From Candidatus Aminicenantes bacterium (lineage in GTDB: Bacteria > Acidobacteriota > Aminicenantia > UBA2199): a DNA stretch of 64,000 nt. Of this stretch, positions 37,023 through 46,483 are shown piece after piece; positions within the stretch are counted from its first letter, which is position 1; each line of letters starts with the position of its first letter. Under the pieces are notes generated by a model. The model did no database searches. It was not told where the DNA came from and saw nothing but the letters and a program-made list of their open reading frames with translations. The DNA is taken from contig JAFGSF010000053.1 in the NCBI GenBank assembly GCA_016934745.1, positions 5,325 to 69,324 of the forward strand, read 5' to 3'. Position numbers and translations under genes: made by a program.

Positions 37023-38339
37023 ATGCGAAACGCTTTGATTATGGGTGCTGCCGGAAGAGATTTTCATAATTTCAACACTTTTTTCAGAAACAACAAGGAT
37101 ATACAAGTGAAAGCCTTTACGGCCACGCAAATTCCCGATATCGCCGGCCGCAAGTATCCCCAGGAACTGGCTGGAAAAATGTATCCCAAAGGTATTCCCA
37201 TTTATCCTGAAACAGAGTTGCTGAATCTGATCAAAAAACTCGCTATCCAGGATGTCTATTTTTCATACAGCGATGTCCGCCACACGTATATCATGGACAA
37301 GGCCTCTGAAGTCATGGCTGCCGGGGCCAATTTCATCCTGCTTGGACCCGATGACACCATGGTCCAGAGCAGCAAACCCGTGGTTTCGGTCTGCGCAGTG
37401 CGCACCGGCTGCGGAAAAAGCCAGACCACCCGGCGGGTCAGCCAGATTTTGATTGCCATGGGTTTTAAAGTGGCCGCCATCCGCCACCCCATGCCCTATG
37501 GCGACCTGGTGAAACAGAAAGTGCAAAAATTCGTTACCAAGGCTGACTTGCTCAAGCATCAATGCACCATCGAGGAAATGGAAGAATACGAACCCCATAT
37601 TGAAAACGGGGTCATCGTCTTTGCCGGTGTCGATTACGAAGCCATCCTGCGCGAAGCCGAAAAAGTCGCCGATATCATCCTTTGGGACGGTGGCAACAAT
37701 GATTTCCCGTTTTATAAATCGGATCTGGAAATTGTCGTGGTTGATCCGCACCGGGCCGGGCACGAGCGAGAATATTATCCCGGCGAAGTCAATTTCCGCC
37801 GGGCTCATGTGATCGTAATCAATAAAATTGATACCGCCGATTTGGAAAATATCCTGGAAGTCAGGGAAAATATCCGCGAACTTAATCCCGGAGCTATCGT
37901 GGTCGATGCCGCTTCTCCGCTGCAAGTCAAGGATGGCGAGAAAATCCGCGGCAGACGGGTGCTGGTCATCGAAGACGGCCCGACCTTGACCCACGGTGAA
38001 ATGCAGTATGGTGCCGGGGTCATGGCCGCCGAGAAATTCGGTGCGGCCGAACTGATCGACCCGCGTGAATGGGCTGTCGGCACCATCGCGGGTACTTTCA
38101 AGAAATATCCCGATATCGGTACGCTGCTGCCGGCCATGGGCTACGGTGCCAAGCAGATGAAGGACCTGGAAGCTACGATCAACAAGGTGCCGTGCGACCT
38201 GATCATCATTGCGACACCGATCGACCTGGGCCGGATCGTCAAGTTCAAAAAACCAACCGTGCGCGTCGGCTATGACCTGCAGGAAATAGGCCGGCCGAAC
38301 CTGGAACAAATTCTGCAGAAAAAATTCAAGAAGAAGTAG
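37023..38339 (+). CDS. COG2403-type predicted P-loop GTPase (cyclic 2,3-diphosphoglycerate synthetase-like family)
   Basis: 438 aa. The N-terminal IMGAAGRDFHNFN and the P-loop-like RTGCGKSQTT match, from memory, the family annotated as predicted GTPase / cPGS-like. The functional call is uncertain. Confidence 0.55.
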   Translation: MRNALIMGAAGRDFHNFNTFFRNNKDIQVKAFTATQIPDIAGRKYPQELAGKMYPKGIPIYPETELLNLIKKLAIQDVYFSYSDVRHTYIMDKASEVMAAGANFILLGPDDTMVQSSKPVVSVCAVRTGCGKSQTTRRVSQILIAMGFKVAAIRHPMPYGDLVKQKVQKFVTKADLLKHQCTIEEMEEYEPHIENGVIVFAGVDYEAILREAEKVADIILWDGGNNDFPFYKSDLEIVVVDPHRAGHEREYYPGEVNFRRAHVIVINKIDTADLENILEVRENIRELNPGAIVVDAASPLQVKDGEKIRGRRVLVIEDGPTLTHGEMQYGAGVMAAEKFGAAELIDPREWAVGTIAGTFKKYPDIGTLLPAMGYGAKQMKDLEATINKVPCDLIIIATPIDLGRIVKFKKPTVRVGYDLQEIGRPNLEQILQKKFKKK

Positions 38340-38413
38340 ATATAGCCATTGCTGGCATAAGCGGGACCGCTCTGAGGGGAGCGGTTGCCCCGTTTGAATT
38401 GGGTAGAGAGAAT

Positions 38414-39406
38414 ATGAAGAATAAACTGGCTTTGATTGCATTTGGAGGCAACGCCATGCTGGCGGCCGGGGAAAAAGGAACGGCCAAGGAACAATACCGC
38501 AATGCCCAGAAAGCGGCGCAGCTGATGGTGGAAATCGTCAAAAAAGGCTATGAACTGATCATCGTTCATGGCAACGGCCCACAAGTGGGCAATATCCTTT
38601 TGCAAATGGAAGCCGCGGCCACAACGATCCCGGCCTTGCCCCTGGATGTCTGCGACGCCATGACCGAAGGCAGTATGGGCTATATGCTGGAGCGGGCCAT
38701 CCTGAATGAGTTGCGCAAGCGCTCCATCGATAAAGAAGTGACCACGGTGCTGACTCAGGTCGTGGTGGACCGAGAAGACAAGGCTTTTCAAAAGCCCACC
38801 AAGCCCATCGGTCCATTTTACAACAGCTTCCGTGCCGGGCAGCTGAAAAGGGAAAACAAGTGGCAGATGGTCGAGGATGCGGGACGCGGCTTCCGGCGCG
38901 TCGTGCCATCGCCCCTGCCCATTGATATCATTCCCAAGCGTGCAATTCGTGCCATGGTGGAAAAGGGCATCATCGTCATCGCCGCCGGCGGCGGTGGTAT
39001 TCCGGTTTTTATCAATTCATCCGGATTGGTCGAGGGCGTCGAAGCGGTCATTGACAAGGATCATGCCTCAGCCCTGATTGCCAGGGAAGCCCGGGCCGAC
39101 CTTTTCATCATCTTGACCGGGGTCGATCGGGTGATGGAAAATTTCGGTCGGCCCGATGCCCAACCGATTGCCTGCATGGATATGGAAAAAGCCCGGAAGA
39201 TGCTTGAGCAGGGACAGTTCCCTGCGGGATCGATGGGACCTAAAATAACCGCGGCTATTGATTATATTCGTGGCGGCGGCCGAGAGGTGTTGATCACATC
39301 GGCTGAAAAATTGAAAGCCGCTTTGGCCGACCGCTCGGGCACAAAAATTGTCCGGGGAACGTCAGCCCCGGTTGTCATTGAAAATTTGTCAGGGGAGATG
39401 CAGTAG
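38414..39406 (+). CDS. arcC: Carbamate kinase
   Basis: It has the motifs ALIAFGGNAM, IVHGNGPQVG, AAGGGGIPV and VIDKDHASALIA. The ATG at 38414 gives the canonical N-terminus; the ORF track starts at 38399. Confidence 0.92.
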   Translation: MKNKLALIAFGGNAMLAAGEKGTAKEQYRNAQKAAQLMVEIVKKGYELIIVHGNGPQVGNILLQMEAAATTIPALPLDVCDAMTEGSMGYMLERAILNELRKRSIDKEVTTVLTQVVVDREDKAFQKPTKPIGPFYNSFRAGQLKRENKWQMVEDAGRGFRRVVPSPLPIDIIPKRAIRAMVEKGIIVIAAGGGGIPVFINSSGLVEGVEAVIDKDHASALIAREARADLFIILTGVDRVMENFGRPDAQPIACMDMEKARKMLEQGQFPAGSMGPKITAAIDYIRGGGREVLITSAEKLKAALADRSGTKIVRGTSAPVVIENLSGEMQ

Positions 39407-39407
39407 C

Positions 39408-41663
39408 GTGGATAAACAATTAGAAAACAATTTGGATATCGGCAAGGAAGACATTGATTTTATCAAATCATATCTCAAGGGCAAGTTTGAGCCGCTGGAA
39501 TTCAGTGACCTCGTCTACCAGTTAGCCCTTTTCAAAACTCAAGACCGCCGGAAGAACCGGGTCAAAGTTTATAATCCCAATTGTGAGTACACAGTGGGAG
39601 ACCTCATTTTCAAGGAATATCCAGGCCAGCTGCCGATCGGCAATAAAAAGTATACTCAAGTGGAACATGGCATCATCTTGAAGGTCGAGGAAGTGCGCAA
39701 CCGCTCAGGCCGGGATGAAATCCTTCTGAGTTATGACGGCACCTCGGAATTCCGCAAGTACACGGAGTATCTGAAAAGGCAGAAAATCGAATTGTTGTTG
39801 CCCCATAAAGCGCAAAAAACGGCCCAGGAAAGCGAATATCTTGCTGCCGATCTGGATCCGCGCTGCACCCAATCACCCTTGATCGAGCGTGATTTTGTCA
39901 TTCTGCGAAGAAAACTGGTCACGGTGTTGCACAAGGAGAACAGCATTGCCTTTATCAGTGACAAGGTGATGCTTAAAGAAAATCTGAAGCCGTTGGCAGC
40001 GGAAATATTCTCGCAAATCAAGGAATTTCTGAAAACCAGGCAGGCTTCAGAGAGTACTGAGTTTTTTATCGAAAACTTCGCCAAGGTTTCTCCCGATGAT
40101 CCTGGATTTGCGGCGAATTGTTTTGCCCTGAACTACTTGATGACCACCCAGTATAAAATCGATTTGCAGCAGACTAATAGCCGCGGCTGGGGAAAATGGC
40201 ACCTGCTGTCCGTGCTTTATCACATCAAGAAAAACGCGTTAGTCGGTGAAGCCAACCCTTTTTTAAACAACCTCAGTTTTGAAAATAAAAAGAACCTGCT
40301 GCAGCGCAGAAAAAAACTTGAGGAGTCCATCTTCAGCGAAGGCGACACCCGCTATTTCCTGACCCAAAGGGAAGTCGCTTCGGGGGCGGTACGCTTGAAA
40401 AGCAATTTGTATCATTTCGGTTCAGCCATCGAAATCGAAGCGTTGGACACATTTTCCCATAAAAAACACACGCTGTATTACTACCAGGATGAAAATATGC
40501 TGCTGGGATTCCAACGGATTTTTGAGAGTTACAAGGCCCTGCAGGGAATGACATTGGTTTTCGAACAGGTTGCGGCCGATGAATTCCTGTTTACCATTAA
40601 AACCACCAAGAAGGGCACCATAACCGATCAGATCGTCTATGACACCGAGAAAAAAATATTCGTGGTCAGCACCGACAAAGTAGCATCGCAGGTTTGCGTC
40701 AACAAGTCCATCTTCCTGGAGGCCGATGTCTTTCATACCCTGGCCGAGCGCTTGGAGGAGTTCCGCAAAATTGAAACCTTCAACAAATTAATCCATAAGA
40801 TATTTCTGGAATTCGGCGGCCGGGAGAAAAATTATGAAATCCACATCTTGCGGTTGTACCATATTCTGGACCTGATCGCCCCGGTTGATCTCAAGCTGGT
40901 TGAAGAAATTATCTTGAGCAATCCGGAATTCGTGCCGGCCGAAAAGTTAGCTGGAGTTTTTTACCTGGATTCTGATGCGGTGATGGAAATACAGGAAGAA
41001 GAGAAGTATCGCCGGCAGGGATTGATCGAGGAAATGAAACGCAAGCGTGAAGATTCGCGCAAGCATCAGCTGGATGAAGAATTGAAAATCAAGGAAGAGA
41101 TCCGATTGATACGCGAAGAACGGCGAAAAAAGCGTGAAGAAGAGATGTGGCAGAAAGAAAAGCTGCTCCATGAAAAGGAAGCCCGGCGCCGTCATGAAAC
41201 TGTTTTCAGCAGCAGTGATGGGACGCCGGGCGTTGCCGCTGAAAGCCGTGCCCGTAGTGGTTCTAAAAAGCCGTTTTTAAAAGAAGACCCGGCTTTTGCC
41301 AAGATCCATGTTCCCCTGGGTGACGTCCCCGGCAAGCCCGAAACAGGGAAAAAGCTCAAGAAAAAAGTTGGTATTGAAAAACCGGTCAAAGCGGTCCGCA
41401 AGGGACAGAAAAAAATACTTGAAGAAAAGATTGAACTCGATGAAATCAAAAAACAGATCTTGCAGGCGGATATTAACGAAATAGCGTCTGAAATTGAAGC
41501 CATTGAAGATAAAAAGGAACCGGCTACGGGCAGCGAAGTGCGTTATAAGGATGAAGGCGGTTTCAGCGGAATCTTTGCCACTCAACTCGATGAAATCGTC
41601 AAGAAAGACACGAAAAAGGATTCCGCCAAGGTAAAGAAAGGCAAGAAAAAGAAAGAGGAGTAA
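39408..41663 (+). CDS. Hypothetical 751-aa protein with a strongly charged K/E/R-rich C-terminal third
   Basis: The GTG at 39408 has the RBS aggggag 10 nt upstream and lies 1 nt after the arcC stop. The ORF-track extension to 39348 overlaps arcC. No TM, signal peptide or recognisable catalytic motif was seen. Residues ~520-751 are coiled-coil-like (EEMKRKREDSRKHQLDEELKIKEEIRLIREERRKKREEEMWQKEKLLHEKEARRR...). The stop overlaps the nnr ATG. Confidence 0.7.
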   Translation: MDKQLENNLDIGKEDIDFIKSYLKGKFEPLEFSDLVYQLALFKTQDRRKNRVKVYNPNCEYTVGDLIFKEYPGQLPIGNKKYTQVEHGIILKVEEVRNRSGRDEILLSYDGTSEFRKYTEYLKRQKIELLLPHKAQKTAQESEYLAADLDPRCTQSPLIERDFVILRRKLVTVLHKENSIAFISDKVMLKENLKPLAAEIFSQIKEFLKTRQASESTEFFIENFAKVSPDDPGFAANCFALNYLMTTQYKIDLQQTNSRGWGKWHLLSVLYHIKKNALVGEANPFLNNLSFENKKNLLQRRKKLEESIFSEGDTRYFLTQREVASGAVRLKSNLYHFGSAIEIEALDTFSHKKHTLYYYQDENMLLGFQRIFESYKALQGMTLVFEQVAADEFLFTIKTTKKGTITDQIVYDTEKKIFVVSTDKVASQVCVNKSIFLEADVFHTLAERLEEFRKIETFNKLIHKIFLEFGGREKNYEIHILRLYHILDLIAPVDLKLVEEIILSNPEFVPAEKLAGVFYLDSDAVMEIQEEEKYRRQGLIEEMKRKREDSRKHQLDEELKIKEEIRLIREERRKKREEEMWQKEKLLHEKEARRRHETVFSSSDGTPGVAAESRARSGSKKPFLKEDPAFAKIHVPLGDVPGKPETGKKLKKKVGIEKPVKAVRKGQKKILEEKIELDEIKKQILQADINEIASEIEAIEDKKEPATGSEVRYKDEGGFSGIFATQLDEIVKKDTKKDSAKVKKGKKKKEE

Positions 41664-43225
41664 TGAAAGTCCTGCTCAATGCTTGGATGCAAGAGCTTGA
41701 CCGCCTGGCAATCCAGGGAGCGGGCATCCCGTCACTGGTATTAATGGAAAACGCCGCGTTGGCGGCCACGGCTGATTTTGCCGTTGAATTTCCCCTGAAC
41801 CGATATCCAACCTGTCTCGTGCTTTCGGGCAAGGGCCATAACGGCGGAGACGGTTTGGCCATCGGACGCTTGTTACTGGAAAGGGGCTATCAGGTGCGTT
41901 TCCTCCTTCTGGCCGCGCCCGATCAGCTCAGCCACGATACCAAGGCTAATTTTGATCTCGTTCAAGCCCGGCATGACGATATCCAGGTGGTCCTTTCCGC
42001 CGTGAAATTGAAAAAAATTCTGACCGAATGCAATATGGATGAAACATTTCTGGTCGACGCCGTATTCGGCACCGGCTTGAGGGAACCCGTGAAGGCGGGA
42101 TTGTTCGCCGAGGTTTTTGACGCCGTCAACGCTTCGGGAATTTCCGTGGCCGCGGTGGACCTTCCTTCGGGGTTGAGCGACCGCTTTGCCGCCGATGCCG
42201 GCAGTCATATCCAGGCCCGGGTTACCGCCGCATTGCACAGCCTGAAATGGGCGCACCTGGCTCACGGCGGCAGCTCCGCCTGCGGCAGGATTCGCGTCCT
42301 GAATATCGGTATACCCGCCGATCTGCAAAATGAAGAAGAACACTATATCCGATTGACCGAACCGGCTGATTTTAAAAACCTGCTGGCCCGGCGCAAAGCG
42401 GACGCCCATAAGGGGGATTTTGGTCATGCGCTGGTTGTTGCCGGTTCCGAGGAAAAGCCCGGTGCCGGCATCCTGGCCGCTTATGCCGCTTTGAAGACCG
42501 GGGCAGGTCTTTGTACTGCGGCTGTCTCGCCGCGCAACCGTGATCTGTTTGTTTTGGCCCATCCCGAAATCATGACCCTGCTCTACGAAAAATGCGAAGA
42601 ATTCTCCGGGCGCTTGAACGATTATTCCTGCATCGTGGCCGGACCGGGCATGGGCAACCGCCTGTCTACGCTGAAAACCGTCTCGCTGTTGCTGCGGGAA
42701 TCTCATCAGCCGCTCATCCTGGACGCCGATGCCCTTAATGTATTGCAGGGCCAGACCCGGTTGCTGCCGATCCGCGGTGCCAGGCCGCTGATACTAACGC
42801 CGCATCCTGGTGAGTTTGCCCGGCTGCTGGATAAAACCATCAAAGAAATCCAGCAAGACCGTTTGACCCTGGCCAGGGAGTTTGCCATGAAGTACGGCCT
42901 TTACCTGGTTTTGAAGGGGCAGTACACGCTGACAGCGACACCCGCAGGCCGGGTCTGGGTCAACCAGACCGGTAATCCGGGCATGGCCACGGCCGGCAGC
43001 GGCGATGTCCTCAGCGGCATTATCGCCGGGCTCATAGTCCAGTTCCATCCGCAGCAACCCATGGAAATTATCCTGGCTGCCGCTGTTTTTTTGCATGGTT
43101 TTGCCGGAGACCTGGCTGCTCGTCAATGCGGGGAAATGGGCTTAACCGCCAGTGATATCAGCGCATTCATCCCGAAAGGCATCCTGAACATAAATGAATT
43201 TCACTCTCCTTTCCTCGGCTCCTGA
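41663..43225 (+). CDS. nnr: Bifunctional NAD(P)H-hydrate repair enzyme (epimerase + ADP-dependent dehydratase)
   Basis: 520 aa. The YjeF-N part has GKGHNGGDGL and the YjeF-C part has KGDFGHALVVAGS and GNPGMATAGSGDVLSG. Confidence 0.9.
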   Translation: MKVLLNAWMQELDRLAIQGAGIPSLVLMENAALAATADFAVEFPLNRYPTCLVLSGKGHNGGDGLAIGRLLLERGYQVRFLLLAAPDQLSHDTKANFDLVQARHDDIQVVLSAVKLKKILTECNMDETFLVDAVFGTGLREPVKAGLFAEVFDAVNASGISVAAVDLPSGLSDRFAADAGSHIQARVTAALHSLKWAHLAHGGSSACGRIRVLNIGIPADLQNEEEHYIRLTEPADFKNLLARRKADAHKGDFGHALVVAGSEEKPGAGILAAYAALKTGAGLCTAAVSPRNRDLFVLAHPEIMTLLYEKCEEFSGRLNDYSCIVAGPGMGNRLSTLKTVSLLLRESHQPLILDADALNVLQGQTRLLPIRGARPLILTPHPGEFARLLDKTIKEIQQDRLTLAREFAMKYGLYLVLKGQYTLTATPAGRVWVNQTGNPGMATAGSGDVLSGIIAGLIVQFHPQQPMEIILAAAVFLHGFAGDLAARQCGEMGLTASDISAFIPKGILNINEFHSPFLGS

Positions 43226-43640
43226 AGATACCATGGCCATCGGCCGGCAGCTGGGACTTCAGTTGCTGGGAAACGAAATCGTACTGGTCCGCGGCGAACT
43301 GGGTGCGGGCAAGACAATTTTTATCAAGGGCCTGGCTTCGGCCTTGTGCATTCCCGTTGAAGATGTGGTCAGCCCCTCTTATATGCTGATGAACCTTTAT
43401 AGCGGCAAGTACGACCTGTACCATTTCGACCTGTATCGCCTGGGATTGATGCCGGCCGAGTTGGAAAATCCGGTCGATGAATATATCGGAGCCGGAATCG
43501 TGGCCGTGGAATGGGCCCAGTATCTGAGCCGGGATTATTTTTCTCTGGCCGAAGCCATTACCGTGAACATCGAAACCGAGGCGGGAAACGAACGCCGGGT
43601 TACCGTGAGCACCGAACTGCCTAATATTTCCTTGTCATAG
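43194..43640 (+). CDS. tsaE: tRNA threonylcarbamoyladenosine biosynthesis ATPase TsaE
   Basis: 148 aa with the P-loop GELGAGKT and an SPSY...HFDLYRL motif. It overlaps the nnr 3' end by 32 nt. Confidence 0.88.
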   Translation: MNFTLLSSAPEDTMAIGRQLGLQLLGNEIVLVRGELGAGKTIFIKGLASALCIPVEDVVSPSYMLMNLYSGKYDLYHFDLYRLGLMPAELENPVDEYIGAGIVAVEWAQYLSRDYFSLAEAITVNIETEAGNERRVTVSTELPNISLS

Positions 43641-43659
43641 GATTCTACTTCGGCTGCCT

Positions 43660-44370
43660 TTAAAAATCGAATTTGCCTTTTATCAAGTCAGTTAACCAGT
43701 GATGCAGCGGTTCCAGGGTACGGAATTTATCATAGCAATAGTCGATCAAAGCGGCCGAAAAAAACTCCTCCGGCACGGCTGCTTCCCAGCCGGCATAAAG
43801 GCCATTATGGAGCAACAGTTCCGCATGGGGGTGTGCTGGGTCTGTTCCCGGCGGCAGACGTTTGTAATGCTTGCCGCCCAGGCTGATGCCCGGGTGAGCG
43901 GTTATTTTCTTGATGGCCATAGCCAATTCATCGCCATATTCGGGATCGAGCGCCGCCTTGCGGAAACGCTCGAGCAGCGGTCGGGAAAACATGTATAACC
44001 CTCCTCCTACCATCAGGTGGGGCGGTTCCAGATGGAAATAATACCCCGAACATTCCATGCGCGGGCCTTTTCCTTCCCAGAAGAAAATCCCCATATGGGT
44101 TTTATAGGGGGATTTGTCCTGGCTGAAACGGGTATCGCGGTAGATACGGAACAACGAACCGTCCGGGCGCGGAATGATATTGATGCCCGGTGTCAGGCGC
44201 TGCAGCCGCCGGCCCATGGCCACGACGAAGGCCCGGGCCGGCTGCAGTACGTATTCTTCATAGTTACTGCGCCGGGCCTTGAACCACTCGCGGTTGTTGT
44301 TCGCGGCCAGGTCACGAAAAAATTGGATGGTTTTTTTAGAAAAACCATTGAATGCATCGGTCTGAACCAT
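43660..44370 (-). CDS. DUF2461 (TIGR02453) family protein
   Basis: 236 aa from ATG 44370, with an RBS ggagga upstream. The motifs FFRDLAANNNREWF, RIYRDTRFSQDKSPYKTH and YYFHLEP are typical of the family. The 783-aa ORF in the track is this gene plus an antisense run through the POT gene. Confidence 0.8.
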   Translation of the reverse strand: MVQTDAFNGFSKKTIQFFRDLAANNNREWFKARRSNYEEYVLQPARAFVVAMGRRLQRLTPGINIIPRPDGSLFRIYRDTRFSQDKSPYKTHMGIFFWEGKGPRMECSGYYFHLEPPHLMVGGGLYMFSRPLLERFRKAALDPEYGDELAMAIKKITAHPGISLGGKHYKRLPPGTDPAHPHAELLLHNGLYAGWEAAVPEEFFSAALIDYCYDKFRTLEPLHHWLTDLIKGKFDF

Positions 44371-44465
44371 TTTTTCCTCCGTGCCATCACGTATCCCGAG
44401 TATAGCATACCAGGGCGCATGATCCCAGCCAGGGTTCAGGAGCGACTTTCGTGACGGTTTTTCTA

Positions 44466-44495
44466 TTGACATTTTGCCATGGGTTCGCCTAAAAT
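44466..44495 (+). promoter_or_regulatory. Sigma-70-like promoter TTGACA-N18-TAAAAT
   Basis: The hexamers lie at 44466-44471 and 44490-44495, about 50 nt upstream of the POT transporter start. Confidence 0.45.
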
Positions 44496-44544
44496 GATTT
44501 CTGGCAAAAGCCCGGCTTAATTTATGCCAGCAACGAGGGAAAAC

Positions 44545-46356
44545 ATGTTCAAAGGACATCCGCGCGGCCTGATCGTCGCTTTTTTCTCCAACATGGGGGA
44601 GCGTTTCGGTTTCTATACCATGATCGCCATCCTGGTCTTGTTCCTGCAAGCCAAGTACAACCTCTCCGCCGAGGCTGCCAGCGGCTATTACAGCTGGTTC
44701 TACTACGCTATCTACGCTCTGGCGCTTTTTGGCGGCATACTCGCCGATAGCACCAACAAGTACAAGCTGGTGATCCTTTGCGGCATCGTCATCATGTTTA
44801 CCGGTTACGGGGTCCTCGCCATTCCGGGCATGCCTCTGCACATCACCCTGATCGGCTTGTTCGTCATTGCCTTCGGCAACGGGCTGTTCAAGGGCAACCT
44901 CCAGGCCGTGGTCGGCCAGATGTATGACGATCCCAAGTATGCGAAGGTGCGCGATACCGCGTTCATGATCTTCTACATGGGGATCAATGTCGGCGCTTTC
45001 TTTGCCCCTTTCGCCGCCAACGGCATTCGCAACTGGTTCCTCAGGACGCAGGGCTTCGCCCACGACGGCAGCCTGCCGGCCATGTGCCACGCTTATTTGG
45101 ACGGACGCATGACCGACGGTGCCTCGATTGCCAACCTGGAAGGCCTGGCCTCCAAAGTGTCGAGCATGGCCGTCGCCGGTACCGACCAACTCAAAGAATT
45201 CGCCACGAACTATATCGCCGCTTTTTCCAAGGGTTACAACTATGCCTTTGCCCTGGCGGCGGGAGCGATGGTCATCTCGCTGCTGGTTTATGTCATCTTC
45301 AACAAGCAGCTGCCTACCAAGGCCAAGATCGTTGCTGAAAAAAAAGATAGGGATTCGGGCTACCAGAAGATCGCCAACCTGCCCAGTATCCTGATCGGCT
45401 CCACGTTGATCGCTGTCACGGCGGCCGTGTTTCACTTCGCTTTCAACCAATTCGCCCTGGGCATGGCGATGGGTCTCTTCTTCGGCTTCATCGCCTTCAT
45501 TTTCAAGACCTCGACCCATGAGGAGAAACCGAAAGTGGTGGCCTTGGTGCTTGTATTTGGCGTGGTGGTTTTCTTCTGGATGTCTTTTCACCAGAATGGC
45601 CTGACCCAGACCTTTTTCGCCCGTGATTATACGGTGAAGGAAGTCGGCCCGATATTCAACATCTTTTTCAACCTCGACTCCATGCTGGCCCTGATCGGCT
45701 GCATCGCAGGCCTGGTCCTGCTCATCTTCAAAAAGAAACCCGTCCACAAGGCCATTGGCCTGGCCATGTTCCTGGGGTTGGGCGCCTTGACCTATTATAT
45801 TGTTTCCGGCTACCAGATCATGAATCCCATCGCCCCGGAGATATTCCAGTCTTTCAACCCGTTGTTTATTGTCGTGCTTACGTTTCCGGTCATGGCCCTT
45901 TTCACCTGGCTGCGCAACCGCAACAGCGAGCCGTCGACACCCAGGAAGATCGGCATTGGCATGGTTATTGCCGCCATCGGCTTCGTCATCATGCTGGTCG
46001 GTTCGCTGCATCTGGTGGCGCCCAAGCTGCTGGCCAGCGCCAACATGACCGAGTGGGGGCGGGTCTCTCCTTCCTGGCTCATCAGCAGCTACCTGATCCT
46101 GACCATCGCCGAATTGTTCCTCAGCCCCATGGGCATCTCGTTCGCCTCCAAGGTATCGCCGCCCCGCTTCCAGGGTTTGATGCAGGGAGGCTGGCTGCTG
46201 GCCACCGCCACCGGAAACAAGCTTTTGTTTGTCGGAGGTTTTTTCTGGGAAAAGATCGAGCTCTGGCAGCTTTGGGCCATTTTTGTCGTCTGCTGCCTGC
46301 TGTCGGCGGCATTCATTTTTTCAATCATGAAGCGCCTGGAAAAAGCGACGTCCTGA
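44545..46356 (+). CDS. Proton-dependent oligopeptide transporter (POT/PTR2, MFS)
   Basis: MFKGHPRGL ... GERFGFYTM fits the ExxERFxYY-type motif, FGNGLFKGN is present, and there are more than 12 hydrophobic helices. The ORF track starts at 44524. Confidence 0.88.
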   Translation: MFKGHPRGLIVAFFSNMGERFGFYTMIAILVLFLQAKYNLSAEAASGYYSWFYYAIYALALFGGILADSTNKYKLVILCGIVIMFTGYGVLAIPGMPLHITLIGLFVIAFGNGLFKGNLQAVVGQMYDDPKYAKVRDTAFMIFYMGINVGAFFAPFAANGIRNWFLRTQGFAHDGSLPAMCHAYLDGRMTDGASIANLEGLASKVSSMAVAGTDQLKEFATNYIAAFSKGYNYAFALAAGAMVISLLVYVIFNKQLPTKAKIVAEKKDRDSGYQKIANLPSILIGSTLIAVTAAVFHFAFNQFALGMAMGLFFGFIAFIFKTSTHEEKPKVVALVLVFGVVVFFWMSFHQNGLTQTFFARDYTVKEVGPIFNIFFNLDSMLALIGCIAGLVLLIFKKKPVHKAIGLAMFLGLGALTYYIVSGYQIMNPIAPEIFQSFNPLFIVVLTFPVMALFTWLRNRNSEPSTPRKIGIGMVIAAIGFVIMLVGSLHLVAPKLLASANMTEWGRVSPSWLISSYLILTIAELFLSPMGISFASKVSPPRFQGLMQGGWLLATATGNKLLFVGGFFWEKIELWQLWAIFVVCCLLSAAFIFSIMKRLEKATS

Positions 46357-46425
46357 GAACCTTTTTCGCAGTTTTTATGCCGGATCATCCTTTTGGCTGA
46401 CCGGCGCCGGAATTTTTCTAGGTTC

Positions 46426-46454
46426 TTGCCAATCCCCTGTCAATTGATTAAACT
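46426..46454 (+). promoter_or_regulatory. Sigma-70-like promoter TTGCCA-N17-TAAACT
   Basis: The hexamers lie at 46426-46431 and 46449-46454, and the -35 is embedded in the recurrent 17-mer TAGGTTCTTGCCAATCC. The site is about 30 nt upstream of ATG 46484, which has the RBS ggaggtg. Confidence 0.4.
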
Positions 46455-46483
46455 TAACATGCAAGTCAGGATGGAGGTGAAGG

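Noticed and set aside
37263-38441. 392-aa minus-strand ORF opposite the COG2403-like gene
   Set aside because: It is a shadow ORF. The sequence is low-complexity with no RBS or motif, and the plus strand has a good promoter, RBS and conserved N-terminus.
39348-39407. Upstream extension of the 771-aa ORF overlapping the arcC 3' end
   Set aside because: The GTG at 39408 has a properly spaced AGGGGAG RBS and starts 1 nt after the arcC stop. The 20 extra codons would overlap arcC and add a basic, atypical leader.
43660-46011. 783-aa minus-strand ORF, the longest unexplained ORF in the track
   Set aside because: Only its last 236 codons (43660-44370, DUF2461, with its own ATG and GGAGGA RBS) look like a protein. 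The upstream 547 codons are low-complexity (D/G/H/Q/R-rich) and run exactly antisense to the well-supported POT transporter gene. This is an artefact of GC3-rich codon usage.
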